Below, piece by piece: positions 1 to 8,392 of a DNA stretch of 53,988 nucleotides. Made by a program: the position numbers and the translations under genes. Under the pieces are notes generated by a model. It had not been told where the DNA came from, ran no database searches, and saw only the letters and a program-made list of their open reading frames with translations. The stretch is taken from positions 1 through 53,988 of the IMG/VR virus record IMGVR_UViG_3300036781_000312; one strand, 5' to 3'. Position 1 is the first letter of the stretch. Each line of letters starts with the position of its first letter. Source of the DNA: a virus. Taxonomy: Duplodnaviria; Caudoviricetes.

Positions 1-71
1 ATGCGCAAATATTGCTGCATCATCGGCGTGTGGTCCAAGTAACTGTTTTTGCTGTCTTTTTTGTCTAACAC
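1..71 (-). CDS. mutS: MutS mismatch repair protein, 5' part with phage-supplied N-terminus (continues beyond window)
   Basis: Minus strand from GTG at 71 reads (M)LDKKDSKNSYLDHTPMMQQYLRI; HTPMMQQYL is the conserved MutS N-terminal motif. Start codon uncertain. Confidence 0.85.
   Translation of the reverse strand, partial: MLDKKDSKNSYLDHTPMMQQYLR
13..34. repeat. att core, left junction (TGCTGCATCATCGGCGTGTGGT)
   Basis: Exact match to 53769..53790; lies next to the integrase 3' end. Confidence 0.95.
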
Positions 72-92
72 TCTAAGGCCTGTCTAATACGT
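62..92. promoter_or_regulatory. Putative integrase arm-type sites, left (TGTCTAACA; CCTGTCTAATACGT)
   Basis: 79..92 is the exact reverse complement of 53701..53714; the motif also occurs at 53637..53647. Confidence 0.65.
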
Positions 93-1053
93 CACCGTAT
101 TGCGGACCCTGAACAATAGGCGAATCTCGGTCGCGAATGTACCGATCGGTCATGCCCTCGTTCTTGTGGCCCAGCAACTCGGTCGGGTTCTTGCCCTGCT
201 TCTTTGCCGCGGTCGCCGCCACCGCGCGCAGGTCGCGCCGCTGGAAGTTTTTCACGCCGGCGGCGGCGCAGGCCTCCTGCCATTGCAGCGCAATTGAACC
301 ATAGTCCAGCTTCTTGCCGCCGCGCCCATGCAGGAGGTAGGCAGCGTCCGGCCTGGTGCGCATGGCCTTCGCCCGCTCGATGGCCGCGCGCAGCTCGTCG
401 TTCCAGGCGACGGTGAGCTTCGCGCCTGTCTTCTGCTGCGTGAAGGCGATGCCCTCGTCGGTTAGATCTGCCATGCGGATATGCATGGCGTCGCGCACGC
501 GCTGCCCGGAGAGGCGCCAAAGCGCCATGACAACCTGCAGGCGCGGCACCGCCTTGGCGTACACCAGCTCGAATTCATTTTTGCTCGGCAGGCGCGTGCG
601 TTTCGGCTCCGGCAGCCGCTTCACGCCGAGGGCGGGGTTGCTGTCGATCGCGCCCTTCTCTACCGCGTGGTTGAACACCAAGCGGGCCACGGACAACAGG
701 CGGTTCGTCATGAACGGCCGCACGCGGCCTTCGTTTTTGATGTGGGCGATCGTAGCCTGGGTGATCTGGTTCAGCCCGTTTTCGCCGATCATGCCCTTGA
801 GCATGCCGGCGGCGATGGTGTATTGGTCCTTGGTCGTCTTGGCCTTGCCCTGCACGATGAAGGGCAGAGCCTCGTCGATCAGCGCCGCGACCTCGCCGCT
901 GCCGGCATCAAACAGTTCCGCGTATTTTCTGAGCGCGGCGCCGAGGGTGTCGCCCAGCTTCGTCCACTTGTTTTTCTTGACCAGGTAGAACGCGCCATGC
1001 TTTTGGTATACGCACGGTGGCAGGTGCTGGTCCGTCTGACGGCGGCGCGGCAT
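73..1053 (-). CDS. int: Tyrosine recombinase / phage integrase
   Basis: Catalytic pattern SGQR...QQKTG...RDLR...LLGH...TDRY; ATG at 1053 (MPRRRQ) preferred as start. Confidence 0.95.
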   Translation of the reverse strand: MPRRRQTDQHLPPCVYQKHGAFYLVKKNKWTKLGDTLGAALRKYAELFDAGSGEVAALIDEALPFIVQGKAKTTKDQYTIAAGMLKGMIGENGLNQITQATIAHIKNEGRVRPFMTNRLLSVARLVFNHAVEKGAIDSNPALGVKRLPEPKRTRLPSKNEFELVYAKAVPRLQVVMALWRLSGQRVRDAMHIRMADLTDEGIAFTQQKTGAKLTVAWNDELRAAIERAKAMRTRPDAAYLLHGRGGKKLDYGSIALQWQEACAAAGVKNFQRRDLRAVAATAAKKQGKNPTELLGHKNEGMTDRYIRDRDSPIVQGPQYGDVLDRP

Positions 1054-1213
1054 GGGCGGCGGGGAGCTGGGAGCGAAAGACGACAATCGTATCATCGGAG
1101 TGAATTCGGAACGGGATGCCCAACTCTTCCAGCACGCGCTTCTGGGCGTCGAAGTGCTTGCGCTTTGTGATTTCCTGCAATTCCGCGTCGGTGAGGGTGA
1201 GGCGTTGGGTCAC
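908..1213 (-). CDS. DUF4224-like putative excisionase
   Basis: LTDAELQEIT...AQKRVLEELGIPF pattern; directly upstream of and overlapping int. Confidence 0.7.
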   Translation of the reverse strand: MTQRLTLTDAELQEITKRKHFDAQKRVLEELGIPFRIHSDDTIVVFRSQLPAAHAAPPSDGPAPATVRIPKAWRVLPGQEKQVDEAGRHPRRRAQKIRGTV

Positions 1214-1494
1214 GGCTGATATTTGTCCTCTTCATCTTGCTCGGCATGGCAAATGCATTCGCAGGGCTCCTCAGTGCCCTCGCCATACCGAAAAGTCGCG
1301 CAGGCCCTGCACATCAGTTGCCCCGGCAGCGCTTTGTTCGCGCAGTTCAAGTTGCGGCACTTCGGGCGTGCGCACTTCGGCATGCCATCCTCTACGCATC
1401 CATCCTGGGCGTAGATCACCGGAACTGGGCAGTCAGCGCAAGGGAGCGTGATGGGCGCCTGCGCTGGGCTGTCGAAAAGGGAAAGCTGGCTCAC
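1210..1494 (-). CDS. Cys-rich hypothetical protein
   Basis: Coupled ORF with several CxxC motifs. Confidence 0.6.
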   Translation of the reverse strand: MSQLSLFDSPAQAPITLPCADCPVPVIYAQDGCVEDGMPKCARPKCRNLNCANKALPGQLMCRACATFRYGEGTEEPCECICHAEQDEEDKYQP

Positions 1495-2063
1495 TTGAGC
1501 CGCCCTGTCGCGGTATCAAGGATGCCGATAGCCGCCGCGCGCCAGAGGATCACATCGACCGTGGCGACTTTGAGGCCGCAGCCGTGCGCCAATTCCTCGC
1601 ACAGCGCCTGCGGTGTTGTTTTGAACGTGTCGGCCAAGCGCTGCAGATGAACGTCAGGCTTCGCCACCTGCAAGCCGAAGTTCTTTGCGCAGTGGTATTT
1701 CGTGATGCCACCAATCCATGGCAGCGTTTCCAGCATTGCCAGTTTGTCGCTGGCGGCCTGGTATTCGGCGAGCAGCTGCGCGCGGTCGCGCCAGATGCTG
1801 TCGATCGCCCCGCACTTGCCCTTGTGGCCGAAAACCGTGGAGGACGATTGAGGTTCATCGGCTTCCAAAACAGCCATAACGCGATGAAATATCCCGGTGG
1901 CGACCCGATGGTGCATGCCGCTGTTGCAGATCACGAAGATGATTTCGCCACCGAAATGGTCCGGGTCGGTGGGTGGCTCGATCTGCTCCGACCACTCGAT
2001 GTCGTCGGCGTGGCCGGCGGCCGTTACCGCTTCGATGATGGCAGGCATATTGATGGTGATCAC
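1491..2063 (-). CDS. Helix-hairpin-helix DNA glycosylase-like protein
   Basis: LETLPWIGGITKYH (HhH-like), KPDVHLQR (resembles the Nth/OGG D-x-H motif), DVILW; GTG start inferred. Confidence 0.6.
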   Translation of the reverse strand: MITINMPAIIEAVTAAGHADDIEWSEQIEPPTDPDHFGGEIIFVICNSGMHHRVATGIFHRVMAVLEADEPQSSSTVFGHKGKCGAIDSIWRDRAQLLAEYQAASDKLAMLETLPWIGGITKYHCAKNFGLQVAKPDVHLQRLADTFKTTPQALCEELAHGCGLKVATVDVILWRAAAIGILDTATGRLK

Positions 2064-2151
2064 ACTTGCCCCGCTTCCTGCTTCGCCCGCTCGGCCGCAT
2101 ATTCCTCGACAAGCCGCTCCCGCGCAGCGCAATCAAAAAGGGGGAGTTGGG

Positions 2152-2409
2152 TCATGCTGTCGCCTTTTTTGCCGCCCGCTCGTACCAGCGCGCAAGCCGC
2201 TCAACGATGCGGCCGAAGCGCTCCAAATCGGCGTGGTAGATGCAGACGTGGGGCGAGTATTCCTCGTCGTAGGGGGAGCGGCCTTTGTCGCAGTCACAGC
2301 GTTCATTGATCCGCGCTCGCGCCTCTGCCCGACTGGCCGCATGCAAGGAAAGCCAACGGCGCCGTCCGCCGCGGTAGACAGTTGCGGTTTCAGCTGTGGG
2401 CACGTTCAT
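2152..2409 (-). CDS. Hypothetical protein
   Basis: Coupled ORF in leftward operon. Confidence 0.6.
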   Translation of the reverse strand: MNVPTAETATVYRGGRRRWLSLHAASRAEARARINERCDCDKGRSPYDEEYSPHVCIYHADLERFGRIVERLARWYERAAKKATA

Positions 2410-2678
2410 TTTTCGTCTTCACGCAAAACATGCCCGCGAACACCGCCTTGGTAGCAGAATCGGAGAATTTCATCTGCCGCCAGTTTGTTGGTGGTGCGAA
2501 GTCTCGCCACGTAGAGCCGTATATTTTCCAGCGCCCGCCATTGCTGATGATTGAGTTCCGTTAATTCATCGCTCTCTTTTCGTGCGAGCCTTAGCTCTTC
2601 TATCAGTGTCATGTTCATGAAGTCTTGGTTCTCGGATTTCATGTATCTGACAAACGCCGACAAAGGGGCGTGGCTCAT
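2406..2678 (-). CDS. Hypothetical protein
   Basis: ATGA-coupled ORF. Confidence 0.6.
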   Translation of the reverse strand: MSHAPLSAFVRYMKSENQDFMNMTLIEELRLARKESDELTELNHQQWRALENIRLYVARLRTTNKLAADEILRFCYQGGVRGHVLREDEK

Positions 2679-3667
2679 TCCCCTTGCTCCTGCATTGCCT
2701 GATCGATGGCGGCGTCCGCGAGTTTATTTGTCAGTGGAATATTGTGCCGCCCCATCGCATCGTTTACATGCTGCGTAATCCACGGCACAGTAGGGGTGGG
2801 TTCGGCCGGGATGTTCCTGTCTTGCCGCAACCACCTGTACCGCCCCGCATCACGCTGCGCTTCGGCTAGGGCGGCGCGCCATTCTGATGACGCCGTGCCG
2901 TGCGTAGTAGGAGGTGAGGCGGCGAGTAATTCGCGCAACGTCTCGATCTTTCCTTCGACCGTGTTGATGATTTCCTCTGGCGTGACCAAGCACATGTCCG
3001 GCCGGTCTTCCGGGCTATCGCGGTCCGGGGTTTCACAGATGCTTTGCGCGATACCCGGCGCCAGCCACTTCAACCAGTCATCGATGATCCGTTCGCGCCT
3101 GTCCCCGCCTTCTGCGGGGGATTGGGCCCGAGCGAGCCACGAAGCCCATTGCAGCCCGCATTCACGACTGCCGATGGGGTTTTTCTCGTAGTCGAAGGTA
3201 TGCGTGGTGTACCACTGCTCGAAGTCCTTCCGCTCAGTTCCCTCCTGCCCCGCCTCTTGCGGTTGCGCGGCCCCCTCGGTGTATTCTTCGCGCAGAACCG
3301 ATCCTTGTAGACCATGCGTTGTGAGAAATTCGATTGCTTGCCCTTTGCACTTCATACCGGCCGGCGCGTATTTCCCGACAAAGTATGCCAAGCGCCGAAC
3401 CAGCATCGCCAAGTCGAGAACCAGTTGCGGATGTGCTACTTCGGCAGGCTTGGTTTGGATGGCCTTAACTTGCTCCTCCAAAACTTCACGGCATTCGACA
3501 TAAGTTTGCCAGATGGCTTCGCAGCCGTCATCGGATATCACGGGCGCGTTGGTATCGCTCTCGACGTAGCCCCCGTTTGCATAGAAGTAGTCGGCTTCCA
3601 TCCTTTCGAGGACCGCAATTGCCTGCTTCAGCGCCTCCGCCTGCCATATTTGCTTGTTCATTTCCAT
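2675..3667 (-). CDS. Hypothetical mosaic phage protein
   Basis: 330-aa ORF; DAGRYRWLR motif typical of lambdoid accessory proteins. Confidence 0.7.
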   Translation of the reverse strand: MEMNKQIWQAEALKQAIAVLERMEADYFYANGGYVESDTNAPVISDDGCEAIWQTYVECREVLEEQVKAIQTKPAEVAHPQLVLDLAMLVRRLAYFVGKYAPAGMKCKGQAIEFLTTHGLQGSVLREEYTEGAAQPQEAGQEGTERKDFEQWYTTHTFDYEKNPIGSRECGLQWASWLARAQSPAEGGDRRERIIDDWLKWLAPGIAQSICETPDRDSPEDRPDMCLVTPEEIINTVEGKIETLRELLAASPPTTHGTASSEWRAALAEAQRDAGRYRWLRQDRNIPAEPTPTVPWITQHVNDAMGRHNIPLTNKLADAAIDQAMQEQGE

Positions 3668-3846
3668 CTCCTCGCTTTAATCGGCCCCGCAATCACGCGA
3701 TGCATGCTCTTGCACAGCCGGCAATACGTAGTGATTTCCTTGCCGGCACTGGAGGTGCGGCGGACCAGGGTGAAAGACTTCTTGGTGATCGGGCACTTCA
3801 CGCGGTCGCGGTAGGTGCGCTGGGTGGGGGTGGTGAGACGGGGCAT
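3658..3846 (-). CDS. Small basic Cys-containing protein
   Basis: ATG at 3846 just after the upstream stop. Confidence 0.55.
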   Translation of the reverse strand: MPRLTTPTQRTYRDRVKCPITKKSFTLVRRTSSAGKEITTYCRLCKSMHRVIAGPIKARRWK

Positions 3847-3847
3847 G

Positions 3848-4324
3848 CTAGGATTCCTTCCCGTTTTTTCCAAAATGTTCACCGGCATGCACCCGGTGCG
3901 TGTATTCGGCGACCGCCGCCCGCATCTGCCCGGCATTGAGCAGGTCCAGCAGCTGGTCGTAGATATCCAGGACAGAAGCGACAGCTGCCGCCTCGCCGCC
4001 GGCAAATCCCCACTTCCCCGCCCGCGCATGACGCTGGTGGACCTGCAGCAGCGCGTCGCGCCCGGCCAGCGCCACAGCTTCCGCACGCGGGCCGATGCGT
4101 TCCGCGCAGATCAGGGCGATATTCACGGTCATGGCCAGGTCATTGAAGTGTTCGACCGTTGCGAAGCCACCGCGCAGCGCTTCTAGGGCAGTCCGCGGCG
4201 GCAGGCCCATTGCCAGCTGATCGTTGGCAGTGAAGACGCTGCCAACGCCCATGGCGCGCGCCTGGGCGTTGACGATCACGCGGCGTTGGGCGTTTTTGCG
4301 CCGGGGTTTTGAGTTGGTGGGCAT
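3848..4324 (-). CDS. Hypothetical phage protein
   Basis: Coupled to the methyltransferase stop. Confidence 0.7.
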   Translation of the reverse strand: MPTNSKPRRKNAQRRVIVNAQARAMGVGSVFTANDQLAMGLPPRTALEALRGGFATVEHFNDLAMTVNIALICAERIGPRAEAVALAGRDALLQVHQRHARAGKWGFAGGEAAAVASVLDIYDQLLDLLNAGQMRAAVAEYTHRVHAGEHFGKNGKES

Positions 4325-6333
4325 CAGGCCACCATCTCCTGCCGCGCAAATCTCGGCCTGTAGTTCGCCTGGATAATCAGCCGCATCACCAACGGGCAGA
4401 CGCTGTTGCCGACCATCTTCACCTGCTCGGTCTTGGTCAGCACCTTGCCACCTACCGTCCGGTCGATGATGTAGTGCTTAGGGAAGTCCTGCGCGTTGTA
4501 GAGTTCGCGCGGCACCAGCATGCGCAGGCAGATATCCACCACCACGTAGGGCTCACCCTTGAGCCAGACCGTCACCAGCGCCAGGCGGTCCTTGGTGGTG
4601 ATCGTGGTTGCCGGGTCGCGCAGGTCGGCCCATTGGCCCCCGGTTTGGTGGTAGCGCATCAGGAACGCGGCGCAGCGCAATGCGCCCTCCTCATGTTCCT
4701 GGCTCAAGTGGTATTCGATCAGCGCGTGATGCTCGCCGCCGGCCGTAACCGTCGGTACCGGTTCGCGCACGTCGCTGCCTTTGCTATGCCTCCGTAGTGC
4801 CGTCAGGTGGGCGGCGATAAGCTGCTGCTGGCTGCCCGAGGTGGTGATCGTGCTGGCAGGATCCTCTGCGGCGCGCGCGTGGGTGGTATTGAAGCCGGCG
4901 TTGGCCTGCACCATAAAGGCGGTGGCGACCGCCTGGCCGCCGCCGCTGGCGGTTACTGTGCCAACTGGGCCACTGATGTCGTTCGTGCCGTGGCTGCGCC
5001 GTTTCGTGGCGCCGGCGCCCTCACCATGCCCAGCCTGGACGATGTAGGCGCCGGCGATCGCGTGCTTGCCGCCACCGGCCACCACGGTGCCTAGGGGAGC
5101 CTGAATGTCCAGCGAACGCGGCGCCTGCCCTTTCCGCTCGCCGTAGCCAGTCTGTACCAGCGTGGCGGCCATCAGGGCAGTTTCACCGCCCTTGGCGGTG
5201 GTGATGGTGCGCATGGGCGCCTGCGGATCGTAGGCAGTCTCCTGGGTGTGCGTCACCGGCACCAGCGCCGGCGCCACCAGCATGAGCTCGCCGCGGTTGG
5301 CGCCAGTTACCGTCGGCGCGGGGTCGCTGACCGTGCGCGCGCGGTTGCTGATATCGGTGTGGGTCGCCGGAACGATGAACGGCTCCGGGCAGCCGGTCAC
5401 GAATTTGACCATGCCGTGGGCGATGCGCCGCAAGGTCGGGTCGGCAAGTGGACGCTTGCGGCCGAAGATGCTGCGCCCAGGGATGCTCCAGTCGATGCAG
5501 TCGGCCACCGGAAGCCACTTTTGCAAACCGGCGCGCGCGTTTTTGGCGTGGGTTTGCTGCGGCCAGGCGATGGGCTGCCCGTCGCGGCGAGCGACCAGGT
5601 AAAGGCGCTCGCGCGTGCTATGGGCGCCCAGGTTGGCGTTGCAGATGACGCGCCATTGCACCACGTAACCCAGGGCACGCATGGCGCCGGTGAAGCGTTC
5701 CCAGTTGTGCCCCTTTCGCTTGGGGTCAGGCACCAGGAACTGGTTGCGCCGCGGCACCACCTCACCAGGTCCGGCGACCCGGTAGCACTTTTTCTTGGTG
5801 ACGGGGTCGGTGATGAGGTCCAGGGTGATAACGCGGCCGGTGGTCTTGTCCCTCTTGGCGATCAGCGGGGACCACACCAGCATCTGCTTGACGTTTTCCA
5901 GCGTGACGACGCGCGGGCGTTTCTTGCCCATCCAGCGCAGGATCACCCACGCCAGCGAGCGGATTTCCTGGGAGCGCGGCTGACCGCCTTTCGCCTGGCT
6001 GTGGTCGGTGCAGTCCGGCGAGGCGTGCAGATGGCCGATTGGCCAGTTGCCGGTCGCCTCGATCGGGTCTACCTCCCACACGTCCTTGCAGTAGTGAATC
6101 GTGCGTGGGTGGTTGAGCGCGTGCATGCCCACCGCAATTACGCTATGGTTGACCGCGATCTTCGGCGGCCGGCCAGTTGCCCATTCCATGCCTTCGCTGG
6201 CGCCCCCGCCGCCGGCGAATAGGTCAACTTCAACTTCGCCTTCCTCCTCAATGCGGAGCGGCAGTTGCAGGTCGCGGGCGGTACGGTGGCGTTGATGAGC
6301 GTGCGGGCGCCGGGTGCGAACGTCGAGGGTCAT
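4324..6333 (-). CDS. DNA cytosine-5 methyltransferase (orphan)
   Basis: DLFAGGGG (motif I), SPDC (IV), ENV (VI), RERLY (VIII), GNSV (X). Confidence 0.95.
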   Translation of the reverse strand: MTLDVRTRRPHAHQRHRTARDLQLPLRIEEEGEVEVDLFAGGGGASEGMEWATGRPPKIAVNHSVIAVGMHALNHPRTIHYCKDVWEVDPIEATGNWPIGHLHASPDCTDHSQAKGGQPRSQEIRSLAWVILRWMGKKRPRVVTLENVKQMLVWSPLIAKRDKTTGRVITLDLITDPVTKKKCYRVAGPGEVVPRRNQFLVPDPKRKGHNWERFTGAMRALGYVVQWRVICNANLGAHSTRERLYLVARRDGQPIAWPQQTHAKNARAGLQKWLPVADCIDWSIPGRSIFGRKRPLADPTLRRIAHGMVKFVTGCPEPFIVPATHTDISNRARTVSDPAPTVTGANRGELMLVAPALVPVTHTQETAYDPQAPMRTITTAKGGETALMAATLVQTGYGERKGQAPRSLDIQAPLGTVVAGGGKHAIAGAYIVQAGHGEGAGATKRRSHGTNDISGPVGTVTASGGGQAVATAFMVQANAGFNTTHARAAEDPASTITTSGSQQQLIAAHLTALRRHSKGSDVREPVPTVTAGGEHHALIEYHLSQEHEEGALRCAAFLMRYHQTGGQWADLRDPATTITTKDRLALVTVWLKGEPYVVVDICLRMLVPRELYNAQDFPKHYIIDRTVGGKVLTKTEQVKMVGNSVCPLVMRLIIQANYRPRFARQEMVA

Positions 6334-6581
6334 CAGGAACGCTCCCGTTCCTTGGCATTCCAGCCCGCCACGAACGCGGCCTCCAGCCGATTGCGCAGGT
6401 ACTGGCCGCTGGTGGCGCCGGATTGCAGGCGCACGCCCTCCTCGCTCGCTAGGAAGTTGTCGCGCGCGCGGGCGATCGGCGCGCGGTTATCCTGGCGCAC
6501 GCGGCAGGGGCCAAGGCCGCAATCGGCGCAGGTCTTCGGCGCCTGCTTGCCGTCGGCCCAGAGTTGTTGCGAGCAGTTCAT
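6333..6581 (-). CDS. Hypothetical protein
   Basis: ATG at 6581 overlaps the upstream stop. Confidence 0.6.
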   Translation of the reverse strand: MNCSQQLWADGKQAPKTCADCGLGPCRVRQDNRAPIARARDNFLASEEGVRLQSGATSGQYLRNRLEAAFVAGWNAKERERS

Positions 6582-7237
6582 GCGTTGCCTTTCGGAGCCG
6601 CAGGCGCCACGTCTGGCTGCAACCGCCCTTCGGCGCGCGACAGCACCATGTACTTGGCAATTTTTTCCTTTTTCGCCTTGATTGCAGGCAGCCCCACGCT
6701 CTGGCGCAGCAGGCCGTCGTCGACGTAGGTGGTCTGCTCCCGGAGCAATTCCAGCACCGCGCGGAAATCGATCAACTCCCCAGTGAAGCGTTCGGCGTTG
6801 CTGCTGAGCTGGTCGGGCTGCACCTCGCGCGCGCCGAAGCGAAGGGACTTGCACCCGCGCTGGATGATCTCGGAGGCCTCCTCGATGGCGCACACCATCA
6901 GGTAGTCGGAGCGCGTCAGGCCTGGCCGCGGCTGGCTCGCCAGCGCGTACAGTTCGCGGATGAGCTGACGGCATTCGACGTGCGATGCCGTGACGCTGGG
7001 ATGGTCGACCAGATACCGGGCGCGGTCCAGCACCCAGGCTTCGGTACTCTGGTCGGCTTCGACATCGCCTACGACGGGGATGGAAAGGCGGCGCGCCAGC
7101 GGCCGACAGGTCGGGCACGGTTTGCCATCGTCGGCGTCGCCAGTGTGGTCGCAGGTATAGCAATACGCGTGCTGGTGCTCGCGCATGTCGAACCAGCGAT
7201 CGAGAGCGTCGGCGGCGGGTGTGGCGGCAGTGTTCAT
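6578..7237 (-). CDS. Zn-finger plus MazG-like (all-alpha NTP pyrophosphohydrolase) protein
   Basis: N-terminal CxxC...CxxC; EEASEIIQ...GELIDF resembles MazG EExxE...ExxD; RBS GACAGGAG. Confidence 0.55.
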   Translation of the reverse strand: MNTAATPAADALDRWFDMREHQHAYCYTCDHTGDADDGKPCPTCRPLARRLSIPVVGDVEADQSTEAWVLDRARYLVDHPSVTASHVECRQLIRELYALASQPRPGLTRSDYLMVCAIEEASEIIQRGCKSLRFGAREVQPDQLSSNAERFTGELIDFRAVLELLREQTTYVDDGLLRQSVGLPAIKAKKEKIAKYMVLSRAEGRLQPDVAPAAPKGNA

Positions 7238-7385
7238 GAAGTCTCCTGTCTTTGCGAAGCCGTGTTCCAGCACGGCGGTTCAAACAACAGCGGCCTTTCA
7301 CCGCCTCGGCCGCAGGCTCCCTGCGGCTCGGCCCCGTCGCAGCGCGCTCTACGCGACTAGCGGCCTTTTCTGCAACGCGAAATTG

Positions 7386-8303
7386 TTAGAACGGTGCCGG
7401 TTCAGCGCTCTCCGGCACCGGGTCGTCATGCCCGCCCAGAACCTCGATCAGCCGGTAAATCACACGCAGCATTTCGGTGGTGGCGATCAGCGTGTCGCTG
7501 TCGAAGCGGTCAGCCTCTTCGATGTCCGCCGCCATCACGCCGTCCAGAAACCTGATTTTCTTGAGCTGCAGCGTGTCGGTGAGCGTGAAGGCGATGCGGC
7601 CCTCGAAGCCCATCGCCAGGCGGGTCGGCATCTTGCCGGCGGCGACGTGGGCGCGGACCTCGGCGACGTCCAGGTGGTGCTGCGTGTAGCGGACTGCCGC
7701 GCCGCTGTCATCCTTGGCCTTAAGCTCCAGGTCACGATCAACGTCGAGTTCCGAGGGAAGGCTGATGCCTGATAGCCAGGACGCCATGCCAGCCGCCGGC
7801 GACGACGCGGTGGCGATGGGCGCCGCGGTCAGGCCGGGGGCGGACTTGAATAGGCACGTCAGCACTTCCTCCGCCTTCGTGCGGCTGCCGGTGTCGATCG
7901 CCAGCAGGCGCGACGCCGGCGCCAGCCACACCAAGATGCTCTCCTGCCGGGTGAAAGCCTGCGGCAGCAACTGCATGTAGGTGTCCTCGCGGATTTCGCG
8001 CGCCTGCTTCTTTCCCGGCTTGCGGCCAGTGATCTGCTCGATGCTCGCCAGCCGCTCCTCGGCCTTGCGGCGCACCACCGCGCCCGGCAGCACGCGGACC
8101 TCGCTCTTAAAGCGCAGGATGACTTGGCCGGCGATGGCCTCCGCCAGTGCGCCGTGCTCCTCGCCGCGCGGGGGAATCCAGCCGCAGGACTTCTCCTGGG
8201 TGGGCAGGCATTCGGCGAACTGCGCGCCGGCGAGGCCCGCCACCAGGTCATCGAATTGCCATTGCGTGTCGCCCAAGCGGTACAGGATCAGGTTTTTGAA
8301 CAT
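7386..8303 (-). CDS. rdgC: Recombination-associated protein RdgC
   Basis: MFKNLILYRL start, GWIPPRG, LLPQAF, KIRFLD; 305 aa. Confidence 0.93.
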   Translation of the reverse strand: MFKNLILYRLGDTQWQFDDLVAGLAGAQFAECLPTQEKSCGWIPPRGEEHGALAEAIAGQVILRFKSEVRVLPGAVVRRKAEERLASIEQITGRKPGKKQAREIREDTYMQLLPQAFTRQESILVWLAPASRLLAIDTGSRTKAEEVLTCLFKSAPGLTAAPIATASSPAAGMASWLSGISLPSELDVDRDLELKAKDDSGAAVRYTQHHLDVAEVRAHVAAGKMPTRLAMGFEGRIAFTLTDTLQLKKIRFLDGVMAADIEEADRFDSDTLIATTEMLRVIYRLIEVLGGHDDPVPESAEPAPF

Positions 8304-8315
8304 GGCGTTTTCAGG

Positions 8316-8384
8316 AAAAAGGGTGGGACTCGGCGCTCCGGCACGCTAGATGACAGGAGGGTTTTGCCTCGGCGCTCCGTCCCA
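8316..8384 (-). ncRNA. Candidate antisense sRNA hairpin with loop CCCUCCUGUCAUCUAGCG
   Basis: UGGGAC/GUCCCA and GGCA/UGCC stems, a self-pairing direct repeat GGAGCGCCGA, trailing U5; loop complementary to five leaders. Confidence 0.55.
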
Positions 8385-8392
8385 TTGATCGG

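Noticed and set aside
79-84. GACAGG upstream of the replacement mutS start as an sRNA target
   Set aside because: Only 6 nt, no hairpin partner, and already explained as an arm-type site
1127-1140. TTCCAGCACG within the excisionase (similar hits at about 6749 and 9305)
   Set aside because: No flanking stem and no GACAGGAG partner; coding for VLE/LLE
4700-5370. Repeated P..TVT..GG units in the C5 methyltransferase
   Set aside because: Common variable-region repeats of phage C5 methyltransferases; not novel
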